DNA of 54,618 nucleotides. Source: an uncultured Clostridia bacterium. Lineage in GTDB: Bacteria; Bacillota; Clostridia; TANB77; CAG-465. Of this stretch, positions 10,352 through 19,509 are shown one piece after another. How positions within the stretch are numbered: the stretch's first letter is position 1; each line of letters opens with the position of its first letter. Location: NCBI GenBank assembly GCA_947630145.1, contig CANRGL010000004.1, forward strand, positions 1-54,618, given 5' to 3'. Position numbers and translations under genes: made by a program. Under the pieces are notes generated by a model, which saw only the letters and a list, made by a program, of their open reading frames with translations, had not been told where the DNA came from and ran no database searches.

Positions 10352-11422
10352 GTGAAGGAAGATAAAGCATATAGAATAAGGAAAACATTTGTAATAATAA
10401 CTCTTATATTGTTATTTGCTACAGCAGGCCTATTTGTTATATCTACACAGGTAAAAACTGTAACACTAGATTATTATGGTCAAATCACAAGTGTAAAAAC
10501 TTTATCTGGAACAATAGATAGTTTTTTATTACAAAATAAGATATATATTAATAAAGATTCAGAAATTGAACCTAGTAGAGATAATAAAATTGAAGATGGT
10601 ACTGAGATAAAAATATACTCAAATAAAGAGCTTGCAAAATTTGATGAAAAAATGGTAAGACAAGATTATTCTCCAATGGTTGCAAAACTAGAAAGTGTTG
10701 AAGAAACTATACCTTTTGCTGAACAAAAAAATAACAACTCAAATATTGATGTTGGAACAGAAAATGTTATTCAAGAAGGTCAAGATGGGAAAAAAGTTAC
10801 ACAATATTTGGTAAGATATGATAATAATAATTCTGAAGTATATAGAGCAACTCTTAGTAGTGATGTTATTACTGAAGCAAAAAATAAAGTAGTAGAAGTT
10901 GGAACTAGAGAAAATCTTGCATCTAGAAGTTCAAGTGTAAATATTCCAAGATCTATTATTACAGATGAAGGATTTAAACAATATAATATTGCTCTACCTG
11001 TAGAACAGCAAAAATATGCATATAATTTATGTATGCAATATGGTATACAATATGAATTATTTTTAGCTGTAATGTATAAAGAAAGTGGATTTAATCCTAA
11101 TGCTGTAGGTGGAGGAAATTCATATGGACTTTGTCAAATACATGTATCTAATCATGCAAGTTTAAGAAGTAAGTTAGGTGTAAGTAATTTTCTAGATCCA
11201 TATGATAACATGACAGCTGGTGCTTATCTTTTAGCTCATTATATGAATGCAGCAAGATCAAAAGTTTCAGGAGATGCAGTAGAAGTTTATGGATTAAATG
11301 CGTATAATATGGGTGAAAGCATATATTATAATTCATGTTATAGTCAAGGTATATTAAATAGAGCATATAGTAATTCTGTTATAGCAATAAAAAATAGCTT
11401 AATAAGTAATGGTGGATTATAG
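10352..11422 (+). CDS. YabE-like cell-wall enzyme: TM, DUF348, G5 and SLT lytic transglycosylase domains
   Basis: GTG after AGGAGG. G5-like QEGQDG..VVEVGT, SLT motifs ESGFNPNA and GLCQI, and AYNMG. Lies upstream of rsmA. Confidence 0.8.
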   Translation: MKEDKAYRIRKTFVIITLILLFATAGLFVISTQVKTVTLDYYGQITSVKTLSGTIDSFLLQNKIYINKDSEIEPSRDNKIEDGTEIKIYSNKELAKFDEKMVRQDYSPMVAKLESVEETIPFAEQKNNNSNIDVGTENVIQEGQDGKKVTQYLVRYDNNNSEVYRATLSSDVITEAKNKVVEVGTRENLASRSSSVNIPRSIITDEGFKQYNIALPVEQQKYAYNLCMQYGIQYELFLAVMYKESGFNPNAVGGGNSYGLCQIHVSNHASLRSKLGVSNFLDPYDNMTAGAYLLAHYMNAARSKVSGDAVEVYGLNAYNMGESIYYNSCYSQGILNRAYSNSVIAIKNSLISNGGL

Positions 11423-11477
11423 ATATAAAAAATGATTGTCGGTATACTGGCAATCATTTTTTAAAGGAAGGAAAAAT

Positions 11478-12332
11478 ATGAATACTTTAAACAAAACTAA
11501 ATCAATATTAAAAAAATTTAATATAAAAGCTAACAAAAGATTTGGACAAAATTTTTTGGTTGATGACAACATTCTTGATAATATAACTAATGTATCTAAT
11601 ATAACTAAAAATGATTTTGTAATAGAAATAGGACCTGGACTTGGCAATTTAACTAATTATATATTAGAAAATGCTGGATATGTATTATTAATAGAAATAG
11701 ATGAAAAAATGATAGATATATTAAATGATAGATTTAATGGATATAATAATTATACTTTAATTAATAACGATATTTTAAAAATAAATATAGATGATCAAAT
11801 AGCTATAATTGAAGATAAAATAAATAGAAAATTTAATAGTGTAAAAGTAGTAGCAAATTTACCATATTATATTACTACTCCAATTATTTTTAAGTTATTA
11901 CAAGATGAAAATAGAATAGATAAAATAACAATAATGGTTCAAAAAGAAGTAGCAGAGAGAATGATTGCAAAAAGTAATACTAAAGATTATGGAATATTAA
12001 CTTTAATGGTAAAATATTTATCTGATGCTAAAATAGAATTTTTAGTTCCAAAGGAAGCTTTTATTCCATCACCTAATGTTACATCAGCAGTAATAACGCT
12101 AGAAAAAAAGAAAAAATATGTAGTTAATAATGAAAAGATGTTTTTCGATCTAATACATTGTAGTTTTGCTCAAAGGAGAAAAACAATGATTAACTCACTT
12201 TTTTCTACTAAGTTCAATAACTTAGATAAACAGAGTATAAATTATTTATTTGATAAATTAGATATAAATAAAAATACTAGAGCTGAACAATTAGAAATAG
12301 AAGATTTTATACAAATTGCAAATAATATTTAA
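11478..12332 (+). CDS. rsmA: 16S rRNA dimethyladenosine transferase
   Basis: FGQNFL, EIGPGLG, VVANLPYYITTP, MVQKEVAER and QRRKT. Confidence 0.97.
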   Translation: MNTLNKTKSILKKFNIKANKRFGQNFLVDDNILDNITNVSNITKNDFVIEIGPGLGNLTNYILENAGYVLLIEIDEKMIDILNDRFNGYNNYTLINNDILKINIDDQIAIIEDKINRKFNSVKVVANLPYYITTPIIFKLLQDENRIDKITIMVQKEVAERMIAKSNTKDYGILTLMVKYLSDAKIEFLVPKEAFIPSPNVTSAVITLEKKKKYVVNNEKMFFDLIHCSFAQRRKTMINSLFSTKFNNLDKQSINYLFDKLDINKNTRAEQLEIEDFIQIANNI

Positions 12333-12524
12333 AAATATAGTATTTTGATAGATTATAAAAATGGGTAGCGTAAAAATAGAAAAATTATATAAAAAGCGGA
12401 CACTTAATATTGATTTTTTATGTAAATTATGCTATAATGTGTATGGTAAGTTTTGTAATCCAAAAAGTTTTTAATTAAATCTTGGAAGATTACCATCTAA
12501 GATGAATATCAAGGAGGAATTAGA

Positions 12525-13061
12525 ATGGCAGAAAGTGCTATGAAAACAATTTCAGTGGATCCCCAACAACTACTTTCAAAAAGTGCAATAAATTTACCAC
12601 CTAAAGAGCGGTTAGAATTATTGCTAAAATGCAAAAGATACCCAATAGTAAAAAAGAGAACTTCAGCTGAAAAACAGTTAAAAGAAATGCTTGACTTTTA
12701 TAATCTATGTAGTATTATATTAGCAAAATATTTTCCTACTGAACAGGCTGAAAGCAATTTTATGTTACTATCTGTTCTCGCCTCGCAAGAGGAAATACAG
12801 GCAAATGCAGATGAACAACTATCGGAATCTTTTAGATTATTAGACAGTTATGAAGAATTTGAAAACAGAATAACTGCTATCCAAATATTATTCGATCAGT
12901 ATCATGGAAGCTTTCCAGATTTATATGAAAGATATAATTTGGAAGATATTTCTATACAGAGTATTCATGATATGATTGAATTTGGAAGAGATCTATTAAG
13001 CGTAAACGAAAATGCATCATTTGTTCAAAAATTGTTGAAACGTTGGGGAATAATATCTTAA
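12525..13061 (+). CDS. Hypothetical protein
   Basis: 178-aa ORF with RBS AGGAGG, an upstream promoter-like sequence and a downstream terminator. Confidence 0.7.
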   Translation: MAESAMKTISVDPQQLLSKSAINLPPKERLELLLKCKRYPIVKKRTSAEKQLKEMLDFYNLCSIILAKYFPTEQAESNFMLLSVLASQEEIQANADEQLSESFRLLDSYEEFENRITAIQILFDQYHGSFPDLYERYNLEDISIQSIHDMIEFGRDLLSVNENASFVQKLLKRWGIIS

Positions 13062-13065
13062 CATG

Positions 13066-13097
13066 TAAGAAGATGGAAATAAAAATCCATCTTCTTA
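13066..13097 (+). terminator. Rho-independent terminator
   Basis: TAAGAAGATGGA ... TCCATCTTCTTA inverted repeat after the stop codon. Confidence 0.75.
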
Positions 13098-13375
13098 TAC
13101 TTAATACAGGCATGTTGTTTGACTAATCGGTCAAATTCTATAGTGGAGGTATATATCGAACCACATAGAGAAATACAAGCTATTTATTGTGATATCTTGA
13201 GGACACTAGTGATAGTGGTGGAAAAGATTAATCACAAGATATAAATGATAAAATAAAGGTAATCAATATTGGTAGTTTTTATTTTCCCTTTTTTGGTTAT
13301 TTTTATTTTATCATTTTTATTTATTTTCTACTCGATATTTAAAACGAGTATATTATTCTTCTGAATAGATAAAAT

Positions 13376-13397
13376 TTTTGGGGAAATTTTGGGGAAA
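13376..13397. repeat. Tandem 11-mer TTTTGGGGAAA x2
   Basis: Seen directly, about 100 bp beyond the tRNA-Thr 3' end. Confidence 0.85.
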
Positions 13398-13499
13398 TTT
13401 TTAAGAAAAAACTATCAAAAAATAAGAAAAAATAGTAAAAAATAATATATAAAAATATCAAGCCAATCTGTATGAAGGCTTGATATCAATGTTTTTTAC

Positions 13500-13575
13500 T
13501 GGAGCTTGAAGTCAGAGTCGAACTGACGACCTACGGTTTACAAGACCGTTGCTCTACCAACTGAGCTATTCAAGC
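13500..13575 (-). tRNA. tRNA-Thr(UGU)
   Basis: Cloverleaf with anticodon arm ACGGT-CTTGTAA-ACCGT, a TTCGA loop and encoded CCA. Confidence 0.96.
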
Positions 13576-13593
13576 ATATAATGAATATGTCTA

Positions 13594-13668
13594 TGGTGAC
13601 CCGTAGGAGAGTCGAACTCCTCACTCCGCCGTGAAAGGGCGATGTCTTAACCGATTGACCAACGGGCC
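13594..13668 (-). tRNA. tRNA-Glu(UUC)
   Basis: GGCCCGT acceptor, anticodon loop CTTTCAC and encoded CCA. Confidence 0.96.
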
Positions 13669-13676
13669 CAAAAAAA

Positions 13677-13752
13677 TGGTGAGCCATCGCAGATTCGAAC
13701 TGCGGACAACTTGATTAAAAGTCAAGTGCTCTGCCAACTGAGCTAATGGCCC
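13677..13752 (-). tRNA. tRNA-Lys(UUU)
   Basis: Anticodon arm CTTGA-CTTTTAA-TCAAG and encoded CCA. Confidence 0.96.
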
Positions 13753-13773
13753 TCAAAAACATATTGCTTATAT

Positions 13774-13802
13774 ATCATACAATATTTTTAACAAAAAGTC
13801 AA
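13774..13802 (-). promoter_or_regulatory. Promoter of the tRNA operon
   Basis: TTGACT-17bp-TATGAT on the minus strand. Confidence 0.7.
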
Positions 13803-13969
13803 TATATTTTTTAAAAAAGTTTTAAATTCATGATAAAATAATTAAAAAAATGGTTATTTTATCATATAATGTAAATAAAAAATGTCGAAAATGCACAAGT
13901 TTTATCTAACTATGTAGAAAATATTGACTTTAAGTCATTACAATGCTAAAATTTTTTTTGGTGAGTAAT

Positions 13970-15808
13970 ATGATTATTTTAATTCAATTTATTTTTTATC
14001 TTTTATTTTTTATCTATAAGTTATATTCTCTTTTAGTAAATCACGTTATTTTGATAGGTATTGGAGGTAAACTTGATAAATATATTGAAAATCTAAAAAG
14101 TATAACTTACAATTTAAGAAAGACAAAAAAGAAAAAATTTTTTAATCTTAGATTTTACTTATGTAATCTACTCACTTGGTGCAAACAGAAAATATTTTTT
14201 CTGTTTGTATCAATAATTATTTTAATATTAAATATTAGTTTAACTTTCGATTTTTTTAATTCTAATGTACTATTTATAACAATATTTAATAAAAATATAG
14301 AACTTTCATATTTATTTGGAGATAAATATATATTTTTTAAAATATTGTATTATTTATTATTTTTCTTTTTTATTTTTTCTTTAATTAACAAATTTTATTC
14401 ATTTTTTTCAGTTAATAAAAAATCCAAAGAAAATATAAATCATGAAATTAAAAATGATAATTTAAGAATAAATATAAAGACTGATAATGATAAAGATTTT
14501 ACTATTTATGAAAATGGTTTATACCAAAATATATTAATAACTGGAAGTATAGGATCAGGAAAAACAAGTTGTGCTATATCAAATGTTTTAGATGGCCTTG
14601 TAATGAATAATATAGGTGGATTAATTATAGATATAAAAGGTAACTATATAAATACAGTAAAAAAGATTTTGAAAAAGTATAACAGGATAGAAGATCTAGA
14701 AGAAATATCATTAACAAATAGATATGTATATAATCCTTTAGATAATATACAATTTTCGAGTATTGAAATAGCAAATATTATAAAAAAGGTTTTAACAATT
14801 TTATCTGAAGAAAATAAAAATACAGATCCATTCTTTTTAGATAAAGCAGAGGAGTATATTAGAGACTTTATAACTTTGATTAGAATATATAATAATGGAA
14901 ATTTAAATTTTAAAGAATTGCATAATTTAGTTATTAATAAAGAATATTTAGAAGAAAAATTAAAATATATAAAGGATAAAATACTAAATAATGAATTTAA
15001 TGACGAAGAGCTATTTGAAATAAATAATGCCATAATAAATATTAATAATGATTTTTTTAATTTAGATCAAAGGACATTTGGAATTATAAGATCGGAAATA
15101 ACTAGGATGACATCAATATTTTTATCAAATAATATGGTTTGTAATAAATTTTGTGGAAGAAGTAATACTATTAATTTTTTATCTAAGAAAATATATGTGT
15201 TATCTTTAGATATATCAAATAATGAAAAATTATCTAAGATAATAGCCACATATATGAAATTGCAATTTCAAAAGCAAGTATTAACAAACACAGCTAGGGA
15301 TAGTCCAGTATTTTTTATTTGTGATGAATATCAAGAAATTTGTAATAAACAAGATGCTAACTTTTTTTCACTGTCAAGAGAATATAAATGTATAAATGTC
15401 GTAAGTATGCAAAGTTATTCTTCTCTTATAAATACTTTAAATAATGAATATGTAGCTAATACAATTCTTCAAAATTTTATAAATAAGATATGGTTTAGAA
15501 ATGATGATGATTATACAATAAAAAAAATAATATCACAAATAGGAAAACAAAAAATTACAAACAAAAGTAAATCATATAGTGAGAATGGTAAAAATAGTAG
15601 ATATAACAAAATATTAAAAAAGATAACATCTTTTAAATCTGATTTTTCTACTAGTTATTCTGAGACTGAAAACATACAAAATAGATATAACGAAGAAGTT
15701 TTTACTCAGAAATTAAAAACGTTTGAAACTATTTGCTTGATATCAGATGGTGATAAAATTAATTTATATGAAATGGTAAAAATAAAAAGATGGGAGGAAG
15801 ATATATGA
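13970..15808 (+). CDS. VirD4/TraD-family type IV coupling ATPase (start uncertain)
   Basis: N-terminal TM helices, Walker A GSIGSGKT, DIKG, YNPL, DPFF, Walker B FICDEYQ and SREYKCINVVSMQS. Confidence 0.8.
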   Translation: MIILIQFIFYLLFFIYKLYSLLVNHVILIGIGGKLDKYIENLKSITYNLRKTKKKKFFNLRFYLCNLLTWCKQKIFFLFVSIIILILNISLTFDFFNSNVLFITIFNKNIELSYLFGDKYIFFKILYYLLFFFFIFSLINKFYSFFSVNKKSKENINHEIKNDNLRINIKTDNDKDFTIYENGLYQNILITGSIGSGKTSCAISNVLDGLVMNNIGGLIIDIKGNYINTVKKILKKYNRIEDLEEISLTNRYVYNPLDNIQFSSIEIANIIKKVLTILSEENKNTDPFFLDKAEEYIRDFITLIRIYNNGNLNFKELHNLVINKEYLEEKLKYIKDKILNNEFNDEELFEINNAIININNDFFNLDQRTFGIIRSEITRMTSIFLSNNMVCNKFCGRSNTINFLSKKIYVLSLDISNNEKLSKIIATYMKLQFQKQVLTNTARDSPVFFICDEYQEICNKQDANFFSLSREYKCINVVSMQSYSSLINTLNNEYVANTILQNFINKIWFRNDDDYTIKKIISQIGKQKITNKSKSYSENGKNSRYNKILKKITSFKSDFSTSYSETENIQNRYNEEVFTQKLKTFETICLISDGDKINLYEMVKIKRWEEDI

Positions 15809-16140
15809 AAATAAAATATAAAAAAATAATACTATTTAGTTTTACTCTGATTTGCTGTTTTATGATTTTTTCTAGTATATATGGTGCTTCTGCTACTACA
15901 CCAACACTTGTTAATAAGTTAAATTCTGCTTTAAAAAAGATTCAGTCATATTTAGTAAAAATAGCTGCTCCAACAGCAGGTGTTGCTATTGCAACAGGTG
16001 TTTTGATGAGGAAACTTAGTTTTGGTGATGAAGAAAAAATGATAAAAGGTAAAAAAATAATTACAAATGCTATAATTTGTTACGGTATTATAATTTCAAT
16101 AGACCTTATTATAAAATTTGTGGATTCAGTATTAAAATAA
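15805..16140 (+). CDS. VirB2/TrbC-like pilin
   Basis: Signal-like N-terminus, then two hydrophobic helices separated by GDEEKMIKGKK. ATGA overlap with the ATPase stop codon. Confidence 0.7.
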   Translation: MKIKYKKIILFSFTLICCFMIFSSIYGASATTPTLVNKLNSALKKIQSYLVKIAAPTAGVAIATGVLMRKLSFGDEEKMIKGKKIITNAIICYGIIISIDLIIKFVDSVLK

Positions 16141-16982
16141 TGGATGCACAAAATATAATAAACTCATTAAATACCGTATCAGAGAAATTATTTAAATCTA
16201 TTGAAGGGGAAGTATATGAACATATTGATAAATTAATTAATATAACACCGAAAATATTTAAAGAGCAACCATTAAAAAATATTTTTTTTCAAGATAAAGT
16301 TAATTCACTTATAATAATTGCAAATTCATTAATTTTATTCTATATAATATATTTTGTTATTCAAAAAATTATTTCTTTATATAATGGCAATAAATCCCAA
16401 GGAGTATATATTTTTATAATTAAACTTGTTATTGTATCATGTTTGGTAACTTGTAGTTACAATATATGTGAACAGATAATAAATTTAAATAGTTTGTTTA
16501 CTAATTGTATAGATGGATTTGTAGAAGAAGTAACTGGTAAAGAGCCTAGTTTTGAAAATTTAAAAGAAAGCATATTAAGTATAGATGAATTAGTAAAAAG
16601 TGATACTTTAAGTTTAGATGGAATTATAAAAGGTGTAATATCATTTGGAAGTATTTCAATATTAATTAACTTTGCAATAAGATATGTAACAATAATTTTT
16701 TCAATAATCATTTCCCCGTTTGCTTTTGCATCTCTTAGTAGTGAACTTACCGTAGGGATATTTAGAACATGGATAAAAACTTTATTTGTTCTACTTATAA
16801 GTCAAGTAGTAATAAAGTTTGTTATTTTAATTCCACTTTTATATAAAGATATAAATAGTTTTACATATAAGATTATATTAGTTGGAAGTGTATATATAAT
16901 ATATAAAATAAATACTTTTACTAAAGAAATATTTTTAAAAATTACTTCAGATATACCAAAAGTTAATATTTTTAATAGTTAG
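16140..16982 (+). CDS. VirB6/TrbL-like polytopic membrane protein
   Basis: ATG overlaps the pilin stop codon. Multiple TM helices and the pattern RYVTIIFSIIISPFAF...FRTW. Confidence 0.65.
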   Translation: MDAQNIINSLNTVSEKLFKSIEGEVYEHIDKLINITPKIFKEQPLKNIFFQDKVNSLIIIANSLILFYIIYFVIQKIISLYNGNKSQGVYIFIIKLVIVSCLVTCSYNICEQIINLNSLFTNCIDGFVEEVTGKEPSFENLKESILSIDELVKSDTLSLDGIIKGVISFGSISILINFAIRYVTIIFSIIISPFAFASLSSELTVGIFRTWIKTLFVLLISQVVIKFVILIPLLYKDINSFTYKIILVGSVYIIYKINTFTKEIFLKITSDIPKVNIFNS

Positions 16983-16989
16983 GAGAAAA

Positions 16990-17325
16990 ATGAAAGAGTA
17001 CAATAAACAATATATATATAAAAATTTTAATAGAAATAATAAATGGCTTGGCATTATAGATTATAAATCACTTATGTTTTTAGTAGTGTATGTAATTGTA
17101 GTAGTTACAATATTAAGGATTGTTAAATTAAATATAGAATATTCTATATATATTTTTTTATTCTTAACAGTACCTGTTGTTTCTGTAATATTTATAAATA
17201 TTAATAACGAAGTAGCAATTGATGTTATATTCATTATTATAAAATATTATACAAGAAAAATGATTTATACTAATTTAGGATATTTAAAAGAATATAAAAA
17301 GATAATATATAAAAAGCTAAATTAA
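16990..17325 (+). CDS. PrgI/VirB3-like small membrane protein
   Basis: KWLGIIDY followed by two TM helices and a basic tail. RBS AGGAG. Lies in the T4SS cluster. Confidence 0.55.
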   Translation: MKEYNKQYIYKNFNRNNKWLGIIDYKSLMFLVVYVIVVVTILRIVKLNIEYSIYIFLFLTVPVVSVIFININNEVAIDVIFIIIKYYTRKMIYTNLGYLKEYKKIIYKKLN

Positions 17326-17339
17326 CTTTTTGTTTAGTA

Positions 17340-17368
17340 TTGTAAAAAGTTTTAACTGATGATATAAT
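17340..17368 (+). promoter_or_regulatory. Promoter of the dnaD-like gene
   Basis: TTGTAA-17bp-TATAAT with a TG extension. Confidence 0.6.
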
Positions 17369-17403
17369 ATACTCACGAAATATATCATTAGGAGAGAATA
17401 GTT

Positions 17404-18366
17404 ATGAAGTTTGTACAAAAAAGTTCATTAGAATTAGGAGAAATTGTCTTACCCGATTTGTTTATATTAAATTACATGCCACAATTAGAACAAATTGATG
17501 TAAAAATATATTTGTACATTATATTTTTATCAAAAAAACAAATTGAAATAGATAAAGCGGATTTGGCAAAAAAATTAGGAATAAGCGAACAAGAGTTATC
17601 TTTTGGATTTGAAAGATTACAAGCTGAAGAGCTAATAACAAGAACAACACATGGATATACTATAACAGATATAAGAGAAAATGAGATAAATAAAACGCAT
17701 ATTCAAAAAGTAGAACCTAGAAGGACTAAAGAGCAGACTGAAAAAGATAGAAAGAGAATAGCTGCTGCAAGTGCTATAAATGAAAGCTTTTTCCAAGGGG
17801 TTATGTCTCTTGGATGGTATACTGATATAAGTGCAATGTTTGAAAATTACTCTTTTTCTGAAGAAGTTATGATTGCTTTATTTCATTATTGTCAAGAAAG
17901 AAAAGCTTTAAATAAAAAATATGTTCATGCCGTAGCAGAAAGTTGGTATAATGGAGGAGTAAAGACTTTTGAACAATTGGAAGAATTTTTAGAAAATTAT
18001 GATAATATTCAAAAAATAAAACAAAAAATATCTAAAGCTTTAAGATTGAATCGTAATCTAACTAAGTATGAAGAACAATATATAGATACATGGATAAAGG
18101 ATTATAAATACGATTTTGATATTATTGAAGAAGCTTTAAAAAGAACAGTAAACAAAGCTAATCCAACTATTAGCTATGTTAATGGAATACTAGTAAACTG
18201 GCATAAAAAAGGGTATAAAACTGTAAGCGATATTGATAAAGAAATGATACAAACTAATTCTGCTAATAAAAGAAATTATAAAAATGCAAGTATGTCAAAA
18301 ACAAAATATCAAGATATAGATCAAAGGGAATATACTAATTTAGAATCATTTTATGATAATATGTAA
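17404..18366 (+). CDS. DnaD/DnaB_C domain replication protein
   Basis: N-terminal winged-helix-like region and two DnaB_2 repeats (YVHAVAESWYNGGVKT, YVNGILVNWHKKGYKT). Confidence 0.88.
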   Translation: MKFVQKSSLELGEIVLPDLFILNYMPQLEQIDVKIYLYIIFLSKKQIEIDKADLAKKLGISEQELSFGFERLQAEELITRTTHGYTITDIRENEINKTHIQKVEPRRTKEQTEKDRKRIAAASAINESFFQGVMSLGWYTDISAMFENYSFSEEVMIALFHYCQERKALNKKYVHAVAESWYNGGVKTFEQLEEFLENYDNIQKIKQKISKALRLNRNLTKYEEQYIDTWIKDYKYDFDIIEEALKRTVNKANPTISYVNGILVNWHKKGYKTVSDIDKEMIQTNSANKRNYKNASMSKTKYQDIDQREYTNLESFYDNM

Positions 18367-18378
18367 TGGAGGTATCTT

Positions 18379-19392
18379 ATGGATAATCAAATATACAAAG
18401 AGATACTAAAAAAAAGAGATTCAAAAAGGCAAAAGAAAATTGATGAGGCCATAATTAAAAAAAATAAAATTTATCAAGATTATCCAGAACTTGAGAATAT
18501 AGATAAACAAATTAATATGGTAGCGCTTAATATAGCTAGAAATATAGTATCAAGTGATGAGATTACAAGGCAAATAGAAAAAGAAAATATGAAATTAAAA
18601 CTAGATAAACTTGAAAATGAAAAAAATAAGATTTTAAAGAAAATTAATATTACAAGACAAGATTTAGAGCCTGATTTTGATTGTAAAATTTGTAATGATA
18701 CTGGAATAATAACAGAAGGTAAGATAACTAGTTTTTGCAATTGTTTTAAACAAGATATTCTAAATTATACATATAAACAATCAAATATATTAAAATTAGA
18801 TGAAGAAAATTTTAAAACTTTTGATAGTGGATATTATTCAAACAAACCAAATAAAGAAAAGTATGGTATTGAAAAATCACCACTTGAAAACATAGAAATA
18901 ATAAAAAAGATATCATTAGATTTTTGCAAAAATATAAAATCTGAAAATAGTAAAAATTTACTTTTTACTGGGAACACTGGACTTGGTAAAACTTTTCTTT
19001 CTAATTGTATTGCAAGAGAAGTTATACAAAAGGGCTTTAACGTTGTATATCAAACATCACCTATACTTATGGATCAAATTTTAGAATATAAATTTTCATA
19101 TGATAAAACTGATGAACAAAAAGAAAAGTACAATAAGATTTTTAATGTAGATTTACTAATTATTGATGATTTAGGTACAGAAACTATGAATAATAATAAA
19201 TTTACGGAACTGTTTAATATAATAAACACTAGATTATTAAATAATAAAAAAATGGTAATATCAACTAATCTTACACTAAATGATTTGTATAATAGATACG
19301 ATGAAAGAATACTTTCAAGACTTATTGGTAATTTTACAATATGTAAATTTATTGGTGATGATATAAGATTAAAAAAGAAAAAAATAAAATAA
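18379..19392 (+). CDS. DnaC/DnaI-like helicase loader ATPase
   Basis: CKICNDTG..CNC zinc site, GNTGLGKT, LLIIDDLGTE, ISTNL and RILSRL. Confidence 0.9.
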   Translation: MDNQIYKEILKKRDSKRQKKIDEAIIKKNKIYQDYPELENIDKQINMVALNIARNIVSSDEITRQIEKENMKLKLDKLENEKNKILKKINITRQDLEPDFDCKICNDTGIITEGKITSFCNCFKQDILNYTYKQSNILKLDEENFKTFDSGYYSNKPNKEKYGIEKSPLENIEIIKKISLDFCKNIKSENSKNLLFTGNTGLGKTFLSNCIAREVIQKGFNVVYQTSPILMDQILEYKFSYDKTDEQKEKYNKIFNVDLLIIDDLGTETMNNNKFTELFNIINTRLLNNKKMVISTNLTLNDLYNRYDERILSRLIGNFTICKFIGDDIRLKKKKIK

Positions 19393-19419
19393 AAATCCCA
19401 TTTAACTGGGATTTTTTTT
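19391..19419 (+). terminator. Rho-independent terminator
   Basis: AAAAATCCCA-TTTAAC-TGGGATTTTT plus a T run. Confidence 0.8.
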
Positions 19420-19509
19420 AGGAATATATTGACAAGTGTTCAAATACAATATATAATAGCATAAGAAACAAAAAATACTTAATTGAAAATTCAAGAAAGG
19501 AGAGTAAAT

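Noticed and set aside
13500-19392. ICE or prophage integrated at the tRNA cluster, carrying T4SS and dnaD/dnaC genes
   Set aside because: The cluster lies on the 5' (promoter) side of the tRNAs. No integrase, relaxase or duplicated tRNA end is visible, and dnaD/dnaC look like the chromosomal pair with their own promoter.
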